A stretch of 64,000 bases of DNA from Diplonema japonicum (Eukaryota; Protista; Euglenozoa: Diplonemea). A program made the position numbers and the translations under genes. The notes under the pieces were generated by a model that worked only from the letters and a program-made list of their open reading frames with translations, had not been told where the DNA came from and did no database searches. The stretch covers positions 186,001 to 250,000 of the forward strand of contig OZ025721.1 in the NCBI GenBank assembly GCA_964019335.1. Direction: 5' to 3'. Shown piece after piece: positions 1 through 11,700 of this stretch (its first letter is position 1; each line of letters opens with the position of its first letter).

Positions 1-260
1 ACAGGGTTTTTAGCCGACCGGAGCCAAGGGATCAGGCACTGCGATCGAACTGGTTACTTGGCGTGGCTGGGTAAAACTTTTTGCACTTTCAGCACGGTTT
101 AAAAAAAAAAAAAAAAAAGTTTCACCCCCATTGTTTTTCTTTTTTTCTTTTTTTTCCCCCCCCTCTCCCTCCTTCTATCCCGTTTTATTTGTAAACGACA
201 ATTCTGCCCCCTCCCCCCTCCAAAAAAAAAAAGGAGAAAAAAAAAAAGAAAAAAAAAAAG

Positions 261-1253
261 ATGGCAGCCGTCCCAGCAGTCAAGGATTATTCCAAAATGA
301 AGATCGCGCAAGACATGACGGCGCTGGTAGGGAACACCCCTCTGGTGTTCTTGAACAACCTCACGAAAGACTGCCACGCGAAGGTTGCGGTGAAGCTCGA
401 GATGCAGAACCCCTTGAGCTCAGTGAAGGACAGGATCGCACTCGGGATGTTCAACCATTTAGAAAGAAACGGGAAGATCCAAGCAGGCGACTGCATTGTA
501 GAGTCGACAAGCGGCAACACAGGCATCGGCCTGGCGTGGATCGCAGCGGTTAAAGGGTACAAGGCAAAATTTGTCATGCCGGCTTCAATGTCGTTGGAGA
601 GAAGGGTGTTGCTGAAAGCTCTTGGTGCGGAAGTGATCCTTTCCGACCCTGCCAAGGGTATGCCGGGAGCGAACGAGCTTGCTAAAAAAATTTCTTCGCA
701 ACCGAACCACGTCTGGGCGCAACAATTCTCCAACGAGGCCAACCCCGCCTCTCACTTCTCCACCACTGGCCCGGAACTCTACCGTGACACTAATGGTCAG
801 ATCGACACCTTTGTAGCAGGCGTTGGGACCGGCGGAACGATTTCAGGTACAGCACAGTTTTTCAAGGGAATCAACCATCCTTGTGAGATTGTTGCTGTCG
901 AACCATCTAAATCAGCTGTTCTCTCAGGGGGTAAAAAGGGACCCCACGCCATTCAGGGAATCGGTGCTGGTTTCATCCCTGATGTGATGCAGCCTGCTCT
1001 CTGCGACAAGATTTTGCAGGTAACGGACGAAGAAGCCATCGAAACAGCGAAGAAGGTAGCCCAAAAAGAAGGCATCTTCTGCGGTATTTCGGCCGGCGCC
1101 AATATTTCCGCAGCGCTGCGCCTTGCGAAGGACCCCGCCAACGCTGGGAAGCTCATTGTGACAGTTGGATGCGATACCGGTGAGAGATATTTGTCCTCGG
1201 CTCTCTTCAAGACCGTGAACGAAGAAGCGAAGAACCTCCCCATAACGAAGTGA
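261..1253 (+). CDS. cysK: Cysteine synthase A (O-acetylserine thiol-lyase)
   Basis: 330 aa ORF with PLP-lysine motif NPLSSVKDR, ESTSGNTG, GVGTGGT, HAIQGIG and DTGERYLS. Confidence 0.96.
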   Translation: MAAVPAVKDYSKMKIAQDMTALVGNTPLVFLNNLTKDCHAKVAVKLEMQNPLSSVKDRIALGMFNHLERNGKIQAGDCIVESTSGNTGIGLAWIAAVKGYKAKFVMPASMSLERRVLLKALGAEVILSDPAKGMPGANELAKKISSQPNHVWAQQFSNEANPASHFSTTGPELYRDTNGQIDTFVAGVGTGGTISGTAQFFKGINHPCEIVAVEPSKSAVLSGGKKGPHAIQGIGAGFIPDVMQPALCDKILQVTDEEAIETAKKVAQKEGIFCGISAGANISAALRLAKDPANAGKLIVTVGCDTGERYLSSALFKTVNEEAKNLPITK

Positions 1254-1273
1254 TGGGAGGGACGATAAATTTG

Positions 1274-1315
<42 letters not shown>

Positions 1316-1699
1316 AGAAAAAAAGAGGGCAGAGAGAAGGGGGGACGAAAAACGCGGTTTCTAATGTTTTTTCTTTGCCGTCTTCTTTTTCTGCACTTTC
1401 TTTTTCTTTTTAGCTCTCTTCTTCTTCCGCCGCCTGCCGGTGGGGTAGTTCCCATTTCGCAGCGAAAAAAAAAAATTTTTTTTTTACCTCCTCCTCCAGA
1501 AAGGGAACGAAATAAAGAAAAATTGAACACGAAAAAAGAAGGGGGAATAAAAAAGGGAGGGAGAGGGGGAGGGGAACTGATATGTGATTTTTTTTTTTTT
1601 TCTCTTTTCAAGAACCGTCGGGATGTGTCTGTACTCCCAGTGGTGTGAAATTAGGGAGAGAGAAAAAAAAAAGGGAAAAAAAAAAATCAGCTCCATTCT

Positions 1700-1739
<40 letters not shown>

Positions 1740-1753
1740 TGGGTAATTCACTT

Positions 1754-2458
1754 ATTACCTTAGCCCCTAGGCCCGGAGCCTATCTACGGTGCCCCCCCAT
1801 TTTCGTTGTTGCTTTAAATACTCAAAAAAAGGGCAGCATGCAACCATAGGAAGGTGCAAGGAAAGGGTAAACGGTACTAAAATTTTCAATTCCAGGTGCC
1901 AGATTCAGATGAGAACACTTAACTATGTGTGTAAGAGGGGGATTAAAGGTGTACTTTTTATGTCCGATTTTGGGGGGTCTTGTCGTGGGGGGTCCGTGGA
2001 GTTATGGCTGGGCTAAAAAGGGCAGCATTCAGCCCTATGTGGTGCCCTGAACTCTAGGATTGAGGTACAGAGCACCCTCTTCTTTATCTGACCAGTCGGG
2101 GGAGACTCACGTTTTCGCTGCTATTTTGACCATCTGATTTCATTTTAAGCCAACCCTGCCGGTTTCAATTAAAACAAAACCTTTAACGCAAAATGTAGTT
2201 CCAAGACAAAATAAACCGCGCAACAAATGCCATATTTTGAAGTCCAGGGGCCGTGTTCAAAAAAAAGTACTTAGCGAAAAAGCAAATTTTGAAATAAGGA
2301 CAAAAATGTCCGCGCGGGCCTTTAGGGGTTAGTTGTAAAGAACAACTAGGAAAAAAAAGGGGAAACTTGAAATTGACTTCAATGCCCGCCATTTGTAGGT
2401 AGGTGCATTGTCATTGTGCACACGACGTCCCATAGAGATATGTCCTAGCTGAGGGTAA
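1754..2458. mobile_element. Possible non-autonomous DNA-transposon-like insertion
   Basis: About 700 bp block lacking the long homopolymers of the flanking DNA, with imperfect inverted ends (TTACCTTAGCCCCTAGG / CCTAGCTGAGGGTAA). No transposase is recognisable. Confidence 0.25.
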
Positions 2459-2790
2459 AGTCTTCTCTTCGGCAAGAATTCTGAGGAAAAAAAAATCTCG
2501 AAGCTACAAACTCTTTTTTAGGTATTGAGTGAATTATTCCCACCCCTTTTTTATTATTATTATCTTCTCCCTCCTTTCCTTTTTTTTTCCCCCCCATCTT
2601 TTTTTTTGTATTATTACATATCTTTTCTTTCTTCCCAACCTTTAAAAAAAAAAAAAAAGAAAGAAAGAAAAAAGAAAAAGAAAAAAAAACTGGCGTCTCA
2701 CTACCAGCAAACTCCCTGCTTTTTTTTTTCATTCTCACTTTTTTTTTTTTCTTTTCCCCCTCACTAAGACTTTTTTATTCAAGGGAAAGC

Positions 2791-2822
<32 letters not shown>

Positions 2823-2825
<3 letters not shown>

Positions 2826-3507
2826 TCCAAAGAATTATGGAGAACCCTTCGTCACAATGGCCCCATATTCGCACCCCCTTACGAGCCCCACGGTGTTCCT
2901 ATTAAGTATGAAGGGGAGGTCTTCGGTCTGACCCCCGAGGAGGAAGAGCCAGCAACGCTTTATGTCAGGACAAAGACAAACTCGCAACACAAAAAAAAAA
3001 ACCTTCCGAGAAAACTTCTTCAGAGACTGGAAAAAGATCCTAGACAAGAGGCCGGAAGGGGCGGTGGTTCAAACCCTGGAAAACTGCGATTTTACAGAAA
3101 TCGAGGACAAGTTGAAAAAGGACGCGGAAGAGAAAAAAAACCTCCCAGCCGAGATCAAAAGGAGGCTCAAAGCTGATAAGGAAAGAAACGAAAGCAGGTA
3201 CCTCTCTGCCTGGGTGGACGGGGTCGAGAAACCAATACCGTTTTTCCACGTGGAGCCACCAGGCATTTTTTGCGGCAGAGGTGAGCATCCCAAAATGGGT
3301 TGCATCAAGCCTCGTATACGCCCTGAGGACATCACCATCAATGTCAGCGACCCAGCGGAACCTCCACAGCCCCCTCTCGGCCACACGTGGGGTGCCGTTG
3401 TTTCCCTCAATCGGTCTTCTTGGCTCGCAAAGTGGCAGAAATCCGTCACGAGTGACACGGCTTATGTGTGGTTGCCCGTAGAACGCAAACGCAGGCTGTC
3501 TGAGTAA
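2823..3507 (+). CDS. Stand-alone topoisomerase IB DNA-binding (cap/core subdomain I-II) protein, diverged; +1 frameshift in an A11 run at 2991-3001
   Basis: WRTLRHNGPIFAPPYEPHG in ORF 2823 joins FRENFFRDW...VEPPGIFCGRGEHPKMG...PEDITIN...WLAKW in ORF 2962 if the A11 run is A10 (about 227 aa). It stops just after the KYxML-equivalent (AYVWL), before the catalytic core. Confidence 0.75.
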
Positions 3508-3737
3508 TCCTTCCCCCCCCTCCTCCCTCTCTCTCATCGCTCAGCTCTTTGTTTGAGTGAAATCGGTCTTTTGCGATAATTCATGCCGTCGCCCTTCCTT
3601 ACACCTGTTCCCTTCCCGCACTTATGCCGCCGTGCTTGGTGTGGTGGTGCAAAAAGAGGAGGAAGAAGAAAAAAAATGTTGCTCCCCCCCCCCCCCCCCC
3701 ACTATCTCTTGACAATATTGTGCTTGACATTGTCGTT

Positions 3738-3782
<45 letters not shown>

Positions 3783-3783
<1 letters not shown>

Positions 3784-5377
3784 GGAAAAACACCGTTCAC
3801 GGTAAGCAAATAACTTTTTTCCACCGTTTCCTTAAACCTAAATTTTTTTTTTCCACCAAGTACGGTAACCTGTAACTTTTTTTTCCACCAAGTACGGTAA
3901 CCACAACTTTTTTTCCACCGTTACTGTAATCATCAAGTTTTTCCCTTATGCAGCTACAAATTTTTTTTCCACCAAACACGGTAACCTGTATCATTTTTAT
4001 GCCTGATTAGGGTTTATCATAAAATGTAGTATGAGGTGCAAAAATAATGATGGCATGGCAAAATTAAAGGGAAAAGACCCCAGGCGGGAGGGGAGGGGGA
4101 AGGGGGGGGACTACCCTGAAGGCTGGGTCTTCAACTGGGAAAGAACTTCGAGGAGTGACTGGGACTGAACCCCACCAGTTGAGAAATGGGGGTTCCTGCA
4201 GGTTGCAGCATTGTGCCCAATATTCTTCCCCTCCCCCTCACTCCGCTTCCTCTTTGCCAGCCTGCCTATTTGTGACTTTGTCACCAATTCTCCCATGTGC
4301 CCATTCTGTGTACTATTAACTGTGGCCCGCCCGGTGGAATTAATTCCCCTTACGTCAAAAACAGCCTCTTCCACGTCGTGGGCGCACCACACTTGGAGCG
4401 GTCGTACGCCTTCCCTACCTTCTCGGCAATTTGGGGGCAAAGCCCAGTGGCAGAGTCGGGTATTCGAACTCGCGTGGAGGTGATCATTTTCGCGTCCCTG
4501 AGGCGGATCCACTCTATACAAGAAAGGATGTTTAGGCCACGTGCCTCATGCAGAACCTGGGAAAGTAAGGTACGAAATTTGATACCTTGTGTGCTCTCGA
4601 CAAAATTCGTCGAACGGTCCCCGAAGGTGCAGACTGGAACATGTGATAATGCCCAGTGCTCCAAGGGCTCAGCCAATAAGTACTTGAGCATGGCTTTGCC
4701 ATTTGAGTGTTCTCAACCTTTCTTTTGTTTCAAATGGGCAAAAGTTAAAATACCTCGTCTCTGGCTTTCTTGAAGTTATCTTGTGAAATAGCTTTCGCAA
4801 GCTTCCAGAAAAGGTTCTTCCCATTGGTTCTGAACCCCGGTTGGGCCTGCACGTTCCTCCCAAGGTGCACACAGCACCTACCGATGTGGCAGTCCTTGGA
4901 CTCCTTCTTGAGGACCTTTTCGGGGCCTTTCTGCAGGTATTCTTACTTTGCCCATCTTGAAACGAGAAAAAAAAAGGTTGCAATTACTCGAAAATACAAA
5001 AAAAAGATCCAAAACTTTCGAAAAACTAAAAATGGGAACAATAGAAAGGTTTCATGGGAGAGTGGAAAAAAAGTTCTGGGTTACCGTGGATGGTGGGAAA
5101 AAAGTTTTGGGTTTCCATACTTGGTGGAAAAAAAAGTTATGGGTTTCCGTACTTGGTGGAAAAAAAGTTCCAACATACATGGTTTAGTGGAAATAAGATT
5201 AGGTTACCGTGGACAGTGGAAACTTTATTTAAAAAAACCGTTTTGGTGGAAAAAAAAGTTATGATTACCGTACTTGGTGGAAAAAAAGTTCCAAGTTACC
5301 GTGAATAGAGGTAAAAATTCTGCTTACAGTACTTGGTGGAAAAAAGTTATTTGCTTACCGTGAACGGTGTTTTTCTC
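3783..5377 (-). mobile_element. Mutator (MULE)-like DNA transposon with degenerate transposase
   Basis: 43-bp TIRs G(G/A)GAAAAACACCGTTCACGGTAAGCAAATAACTTTTTTCCACC, subterminal tandem repeats (ACGGTAACC..AACTTTTTTTCCACC) and poly(T) on both flanks. Minus-strand remnants EHWALSHVPVCTFGDRSTNFVES (MULE W..TNxxES motif) and GHNAATC (zinc knuckle remnant). Confidence 0.8.
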
Positions 5378-5436
5378 TTTTTTTTTTTTTTTTTTTAAAT
5401 AAAAGTTGTCATCCCCGAATAGGACCAAGGGGACAC

Positions 5437-7996
5437 ATGCACGACAGCGAACTCTTCCACGACGGCGTGATCAAATGGAAAACGCTGCAGCACAATGGCC
5501 CCATGTTCGCACCCCCTTACGAACCCCACGGTGTCCCTATTAAGTACGAAGGGAAGGTCTTCGTTATGACTGAAGCGGAGGAAGAGGCTGCTACGCTGTA
5601 CGCTGTTATGAGGGAATCGCAGCACTACAAAAAAGCACTCTTCCACAAGAACTTCTTCACGTGTTGGAAGGAGATCCTCGACAAGAGGCCCGAGGGCAGA
5701 AAGATCAAAGAGCTCGCATTGTGCAACTTCGACGCCATCTGGGAAAAGTACTGCAAGGAACGCATCGTTAAAAAATCCCTCCCGAACGAGGAAAAAAAAA
5801 AGCTCAGAGAGAAAGCTGCAAAAGAAGCCGAGCCTTACATGTACGTGACATGGGATGGGAGAAAGGAAAAGGTCGCGAATCCCAGAATCGAACCCCCCGG
5901 TATTTTCCAAGGACGAGGGAAACATCCTAAACTCGGATGCCTGAAGCCAAGAGTCCAACCTGAAGACGTCACCATCAATGTTCAAAACGTGGATAAACCC
6001 CCACCCGCACCCAAGGGACACAAATGGGGTTCGGTGATCAGCGACAATACCGTGTTGTGGCTGGCAAAGTGGAACGATACACTCACCGGCGACACAAAAT
6101 ACACGATGCTTGCAAACTCCAGTGTGTTGAAGCAGGCCAGCGATAGGCTCAAGTTCGAGAAAGCAAGGATTTTGAAGGATAAGATCGACGACGTGCGTCG
6201 GGAATACACGAAGAACTTCTCCTCGAGAAACGAGAAGACGGTTCAGATGGCGGTGGCGATGTACTTCATCGACATCCTTGCTCTCCGTGTTGGCGGTGAG
6301 AAGTCCGAAGACGAAGCCGACACTGTGGGCTGCTGTTCCCTCCGCAAGGAGCACATCACACCAGTCGAAAGGGACGGGAAGTACATCTTCCACTTCCACT
6401 TCCTCGGGAAGGACAGCATCAGGTACGTGAACGACATGGAGGTCAGCAAGGTTGTCTTCAACCTTGTGAAGAAACTCTGCGAGGGGAAGGACAAATGCGA
6501 CCAGCTCTTCGACCTCGTGTCCCCTAGTGACCTCAACGCCCACTTTAAATCCATCATGGATGGGTTGAGCGCAAAGGTTTTCCGTACCTACAATGCTTCC
6601 TTCTTGCTTGATAAGGTATGCTTTGTTTTCTCCCCCTGGTGGGGGATGGAATCTAAAAAAAAGAAGAAAAAAAAAAAAAATAGTTCCTCCACGAGATGCC
6701 TGTAGACAACGACCTGTCGCAAGGCGAGAAAATGATGTACCTCAACAATACACACACCAAGGTTTGGATTTTTTTTTTCTTTTTTATATAACTCGAGCCG
6801 GGTTTTCAAGGGTGGGAGTGAAAACAAGATTTTACTTTATGTCACTCCCAGCTTTATTTTCACTCCCAGTTACCTTGAAATTAGGCCCAGGAGTGAATTA
6901 ATGTTCGAGCGTGAAATAATGTAACATTATTTCACTCCTGGGCCTAATTTCACCTATTCCACCTAGGTTTAGGGCAAGTTAACAGCAAGATCAACGCCAT
7001 CACCCAACGAAACTTCGGTAAAAAACAGCAGAGCTTTCCCGGGGTTGCACTTCTTTTGAAGAAAGCCATGAGGCGAAAAAAAAGCTTCGGTGTTAAGTCA
7101 GGAACAAATGAAAGAGTATCTGGCAGTGAAATTCAGCGACCCCTACAACATGTGTCAGGCATATGCAGCTTGCATGTTTGCAAGTGGGATGAGGACAAAA
7201 GAGTCGCACAAACTGAAATTTAGCGACGTTGTGTCTCCCACACACTGTAACCCAAATCCCAACCCTGTAACCTCCCACCCTTTCAAACCTGGCTCTTGTT
7301 AAAGAAAACAACGTATTAGTGAAAATAAGAGCATTATTCCACTTGTGGTGGCAGGTTTAACTCGTAGCTTTTTACTTCACTCGCTTCGCTCGTGAACTAA
7401 GATCCCTACTCGTTAAACCCCCTGCCACCACGCGTGAAATAATGCTATCTTATTTTCACTTAATAAATAGCTATTCTTTTTTTTTTTTTTTTTTTTTTCC
7501 AAAAACAACACGCACTTTATAGGTCGCGATTTTGTGTAACCATCAAAAGGCAAAGGCAAGTGGGGAAAACGAGTGGCGGAAGGAGCGCCTGAACAGCAAC
7601 AAAGTGGACGAGATGAAGACAACCTTGAAACACTTGGAAGCGGCGTTGGAGAATGTGAAGAAAGCAGACGAAGAACAGAAGGCACAAGTATTCACCGCAG
7701 AGAAGGAGAAGTTTATGAAAATGGAAAACGAAGCCCAGCTGGACTGGCTGAGACAGTATGGCACGGCAACGGAGCTGAAGCAGTACACAGAGGAGACGGG
7801 AAGAACCAAAAAAGAAGGAAGAAAAAGACCTTTGGACACCTGTGATGACGATGCCGAAAGACCTCTTAAAAGAGTCCCAGAAAAGACACAGAACAACGAG
7901 CCTATCGGCCGTGGAAAGTGCGTCTTCTCGCTTTTCTTGTCTTGCGCCTTGGGTGCACACGTCATGGCACTTCTTGCTTGTGTGAACCGAAAATAA
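5437..7996 (+). CDS. TOP1: Topoisomerase IB large subunit, copy 2 (no N-terminal extension); exons 5437-6615, 6684-6761, 7523-7996
   Basis: ALRVGGEK, GKDSI and KVFRTYNAS in exon 1. Phase-0 GT-AG introns restore FLHEMPVD..THTK|VAILCNHQK. No SKxNY catalytic Tyr domain. Confidence 0.85.
6786..7475 (+). mobile_element. Crypton-like tyrosine-recombinase transposon remnant inside TOP1 copy 2 intron 2
   Basis: Frameshifted SKINAITQRNFGKKQQSFPGVALLLK..KASVLSQEQMKEYL..FASGMRTKESHKLKFSDV (YR box I G-x-R). 21-bp internal inverted repeat 6877-6897/6931-6951 and a palindromic 3' end around CTCGCTTCGCTCGTG. Both ends are homologous to 19534-20358. Confidence 0.7.
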
Positions 7997-8737
7997 TTAA
8001 TTGAATTTTCAATTCTTCTTGCCTTCCCCTCCCCCTATAGACCGAACTTCGTTCGATCTTGACCCCCCCCTCAAAAAAATAATGCTGTTCCCCGAAATCC
8101 TTGAGACGATTCTTCCTATTGAAGGGGATGCGCTACGCGATATAAGCGACACGATGGGAGGAAATTTTGACCAAGACGGAATGGAACAAAGGAATATTTG
8201 AAAGGAAGTATCCACACACACACTCCCCTTACTGAATACCGTTTTGCTCACCCTGTGATTTGCCAGGTGTGCCAGGCCAGGACAGCCCCCCCCCACTGTT
8301 ATTATACTAATTAGATGGTAGACTTTTATTCAAAGTTTTAAACGTTACCCCCCCCCCTTTTTTTTAGAAGAAGTTTGTCAGGCCGGCATTTTCTTTTTTT
8401 TTTTTTTTTCTCAATTTCACCAGTGCAGAGTACTGGAGCCGATTTGTGGTGTCCGATTTTTCACCGAAAAGATTTTGGGCCATTCTCTCGAAACCCGCTA
8501 CCTCTGTTAAGAATGGTTCAATATCGGGAGCTTTTTCAGCAGTTCAGAGAGGGTGCATCTGCATAACTTGACTCGACAAAAATTATTCGTCCTCGAACAC
8601 TGCCTCACTCCAGCATGGGGGGAAGCCTTCTTCTTTTTAGAATCGTCGCTTCTTTGTTTTCCACAACAAAAGAATGCACGTTGTTATTTAATTGAGATCA
8701 AAGCACAGAAAAAAAAAGAAGAAAAAAAAAAAAGAAA

Positions 8738-11700
8738 ATGCCTGGAAGAAAAAGAAAGGTGGAAGATTCCGAGGACGAGGAAAGCAAGGAACAAGAGGAG
8801 TCGAACGATGGGTCCAAGTCGGACGATGGATCAAAGTCGGGGAAGGACTCAGCATCAGAGGACAACTCCGGTTCGGACTCGTCCGCGTCCAGTTCTTCGA
8901 CTGACGACAAAAAAAAGAAGAAGCCTAAGGCGGGAGGAAAGAAAGGCAAACGGAAACCTATTGAGGACTCCGACGATGAGAAACCTGCCAAAAAGAAGGG
9001 CAAAGCAGCCAAGAAACCCGCACCCAAAACCACCAAAAAAAAGAAGGAAGAGGAAGAAGAACCCGTCTTCGACTGGTGGAACCGCCCCGACAGCGAACTC
9101 GTCCACGACGGTATAATCAAATGGAAAACGCTTGAACAAAAAGGCCCCATGTTCGCACCCCCTTACGAACCCCACGGTGTCCCTATTAAGTACGAAGGGA
9201 AGGTCTTCGTTATGACTGAAGCGGAGGAAGAGGCTGCTACGCTGTACGCTGTTATGAGGGAATCGCAGCACTACAAAAAAGCAGTTTTCCGTAAGAACTT
9301 CTTCACGTGTTGGAAGGAGATCCTCGACAAGAGGCCCGAGGGCAGAAAGATCAAAGAGCTCGCATTGTGCAACTTCGACGCCATCTGGGAAAAGTACTGC
9401 AAGGAACGCATCGTTAAAAAATCCCTCCCGAACGAGGAAAAAAAAAAGCTCAGAGAGAAAGCTGCAAAAGAAGCCGAGCCTTACATGTTCGTGACATGGG
9501 ATGGGAGAAAGGAAAAGGTCGCGAATCCCAGAATCGAACCCCCCGGTATTTTCCAAGGACGAGGGAAACATCCTAAACTCGGATGCCTGAAGCCAAGAGT
9601 CCAACCTGAAGACGTCACCATCAATGTTCAAAACGTGGATAAACCCCCACCTGCACCCAAGGGACACAAATGGGGTTCGGTGATCAGGGACAACACCGTC
9701 TCGTGGCTGGCAAAGTGGAACGATGTAAACACCGGCGACACAAAATACACGATGCTTGCAAACTCCAGTGCGTTGAAGCAGTACATCGATAGGCTCAAGT
9801 TCGAGAAAGCAAGGATTTTGAAGGATAAGATCGACGACGTGCGTCGGGAATACACGAAGAACTTCTCCTCGAGAAACGAGAAGACGGTTCAGATGGCGGT
9901 GGCGATGTACTTCATCGACATCCTTGCTCTCCGTGTTGGCGGTGAGAAGTCCGAAGACGAAGCCGACACTGTGGGCTGCTGTTCCCTCCGCAAGGAGCAC
10001 ATCACACCAGTCGAAAGGGACGGGAAGTACATCTTCCACTTCGACTTCCTCGGGAAGGACAGCATCAGGTACGTGAACGACATGGAGGTCAGCAAGGTTG
10101 TCTTCAACCTTGTGAAGAAACTCTGCGAGGGGAAGGACAATCGTCCCATTAAAGAAAACCAGCTCTTCGACCTCGTGTCCCCTAGTGACCTCAACGCCCA
10201 CTTTAAATCCATCATGGATGGGTTGAGCGCAAAGGTTTTCCGTACCTATAACGCTTCCTTCTTGCTTGATAAGGTATTTGTAAAAAAAAAAAAAGAAAAA
10301 AAATTCTTTATTTCACTCTTCGTCATTTTCTTCACTCACTAGGGGCCTCATAATTTAACGCGAAACGGCCATAATTTAACGCGAAAAGCTCATAATTTAA
10401 CGCGAAATCGCCATAATTTAACTACCGGATTTGTACTTATATTGTTATGTGAAAAGTCCCAAATTGGGCAAAAAATTCGAAAAAGGTACATAATATTTAC
10501 AGAACACCATTAAAACAGAACATAAAAATTGCAAAAATAAAAAAAAATCACAGAAAATATCCCTAAAGATAAAAAATCCCAAGACAAAAACAAAATACCC
10601 CCCAGCCGGGGAGGGGGGGTGGTATTACCGCAATTCTAGTTCACTATTGCCCAGTCCTGCACGTAAAGCACACCACATAGTCGCAGGACGGGCCGACCCT
10701 CCCGGGTGCTCATGTCATGCTCACCAGAGCATTCCGTGCACTCCCACACTGGTCTCCTTTCTAACCTGCTTGAGGGTTGCGCTGCAGTTGGGGCAGGGCA
10801 CCCTCGTCACGTTGTTCGTTCGCTGGCTTGGGGTCACTTGGCTTGGTGCCGCTGCTTGGCTTGGGGCTGAGGCTTCTTGGTCAGGCATTTCTTCTTCTTC
10901 TGCTTCTTCGTCAGAAGAAAGCGCATCAGAAATGGCCTCTATGTCGAGGTGCCCAGCCTGCTGAACATCTCAGTGATCTCAATGTCCGGGTCTTCGGGTG
11001 CTGGTTCCGTGTCGACTGACAGTCCCAATGGATCCAATGGATCAATCTCCATCGGGTCAACTCCTGCATCTGCACCCAGCTTCTCGAACCAGCTCGACCT
11101 CGGAAGGCGGGGGCGGAGGGCCAGGCGAGGGCGCAGGGCCCTCGTGCAAAAAAACGGTAACGAGTGTTAAATAATGGCTCATTTAGCGGCAAGTAAGTTG
11201 TTTTATTTCACTTTTCGTCATTTGAGTCACTCACTCTTCACTGCTTTCACTGCTGTTTTTTTTTCACGCAGGTCAGCTTTTTGGGGATTTTCCTAAGGTA
11301 ATACAGGGCAGCTATTTCGCCGTGGCATTTAAAGGGGAAGTAAGGCACTTATTCCCACTTTTAAGGGCTGGAATGGCCTCAGATGGCCAAAAATAGTCAA
11401 AATACGCCCACCCCAAAAAAATTTTTCAAGGGGTTGGGTGCATTTTTTCCACGGCGAGACTCATTTTTCCACTCTGAAGGGCCATTATTTAACTGCAAAA
11501 TCACATTATTTAACTAGTTAAATAATGGCGATTTCGCGTTAAATAATGGCCATTTCGCGTTAAATCATGAGGCCCCTAGTGAGTGAAGAAAATGACGAAG
11601 AGTGAAATAAAAATAGTTTTTTGTATTGTTCTGTAAAAAGTCCCAAGTTGGGTCCAAAATCCGAAAAAGGTACATAATTTATACAGTACACTAAATCCCA

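Noticed and set aside
1207-1696. Numerous short poly-Lys/poly-Phe ORFs here and throughout the window
   Set aside because: They are translations of intergenic homopolymer runs.
2991-3001. Programmed ribosomal frameshift in TOP1 copy 1
   Set aside because: A one-base homopolymer error or slippage mutation in A11 is far more parsimonious.
7090-7302. Intronic tyrosine recombinase supplying the missing catalytic Tyr to TOP1L
   Set aside because: The remnant is frameshifted and truncated right after box I, so it has no catalytic Tyr region. The co-location looks coincidental.
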